Shown: positions 63,115-64,000 of the stretch, piece after piece
Position numbering within the stretch: position 1 is the stretch's first letter
Layout: every line of letters starts with the position of its first letter
Assembly: GCA_039096225.1 (NCBI GenBank)
Contig: JBBPEB010000003.1
Coordinates: forward strand, 186,001-250,000
Reading direction: 5' to 3'
Origin: Blastocystis sp. Blastoise
Lineage: Eukaryota; Protista; Bigyra: Opalinata
DNA: 64,000 nucleotides
Made by a program: the position numbers and the translations under genes
The notes under the pieces: model-generated
What the model saw: only the letters and a program-made list of their open reading frames with translations
Told to the model about the DNA's origin: nothing
The model's database searches: none

Positions 63115-64000
63115 ATGAATGTTATTAAATCATTTGCTAGAAACCATAAACTCTTTACTAGTATCACCACGGTAGCAGCAGCATCCTCTTTAGGGTTGAT
63201 CGACAAAAATAATCGAAAAGCAGTTTCTGAGAGTTTATATGGCATTTATCGAGGCATTAGCATTTATTCATCAGTTTTTTATATCTTGGCTGACTATAAA
63301 ATATCTTTTCGAGGGCTTACAAAGGGATCAAAAGCATATACAGATTTAGAGCACACAGTTAACAAACGATCAGGTGAACGACTCTGTAAAACCTTTCTGT
63401 ATATGCATTTTATTTATTCATATATTCTATCATAATGTTTTAGAAAGCTTGGGGGTGTTTATATTAAAACAGGACAGGTATTATCGTCGATGGAACTTAA
63501 TTTACCTCCTGAATGGGTAGAAGCTATGGTCCCTTGTCAAGTATTTTATTCTAATTTATATATTTTTTTTATTCTTAAGATTTTATTCATGTATCAAGTT
63601 TATATACTATATTTCTTTAATAAATTATTCTTATATGATTATTTTATAGTGTGACGTGACGCCAATTCCCTTTGAAGAAGTGTCTCAAATATTCAAAGAA
63701 GACATAGGCATTGATTCTAAAGATATATTCTCTTCCATAGATCAGGTATATTATATTATTATTGTATATTATGTGTATTATATATATATATATATATTAT
63801 TATTATATTATATATATTATGTGTATTATATAAATATCTGATAATAATATTATTATATAATACTATATATACTAGACTCCAATAGGATGTGCGTCATTAG
63901 CTCAAGTACATAGAGCGACTTTAAAGACAGGAGAAGAAGTAGCAGTAAAGATACAATACCCGTTCCTTAAGAAAGAAGCACAAATAGATATACGAAATGC
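63115..64000 (+). CDS. ABC1/UbiB (ADCK1-like) kinase, tandem copy 2 (runs off the window)
   Basis: Collinear with copy 1: DYKISFRGLTKGS, LGGVYIKTGQ, PIGCASLAQVH, VAVKIQYP. Confidence 0.92.

Overview
This is very AT-rich, intron-dense eukaryotic nuclear DNA read in the standard code. Gene content (mitochondrion-targeted PCC alpha and bL19m, BTB-TLDc protein, GPCR-INPP5 fusion, ~30-nt minimal introns, U12 introns) fits an anaerobic stramenopile such as a low-GC Blastocystis/Proteromonas-like protist; that assignment is inference. The first ~7.4 kb is transposon-derived: a probable decayed LINE ORF2 and an apparently intact Buster-type hAT transposase with two large insertions. The rest holds 17 spliced host genes, which I rebuilt by hand because the ORF track breaks at introns. 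They are PCCA, a GPCR-inositol 5-phosphatase fusion, a class-3 lipase, TAF6, a 3-repeat Myb, BTB-TLDc, IMPDH, SRPK, DUSP12/Yvh1-like, UVRAG, an FLZ zinc finger, bL19m, NAA50-like, eIF3a, two tandem ABC1/ADCK kinases (the second partial) and three unknowns. The main oddities are: the GPCR-INPP5 fusion; a plant-type FLZ microprotein; introns built almost entirely of (TA)n/(TAT)n microsatellite; two AT-AC U12 introns; one apparent TT-AG intron; a possible recursive splice site; an snR58-like C/D snoRNA in an IMPDH intron; and intron presence/absence differences between tandem paralogs. Coordinates were hand-counted and may be off by a few bases.
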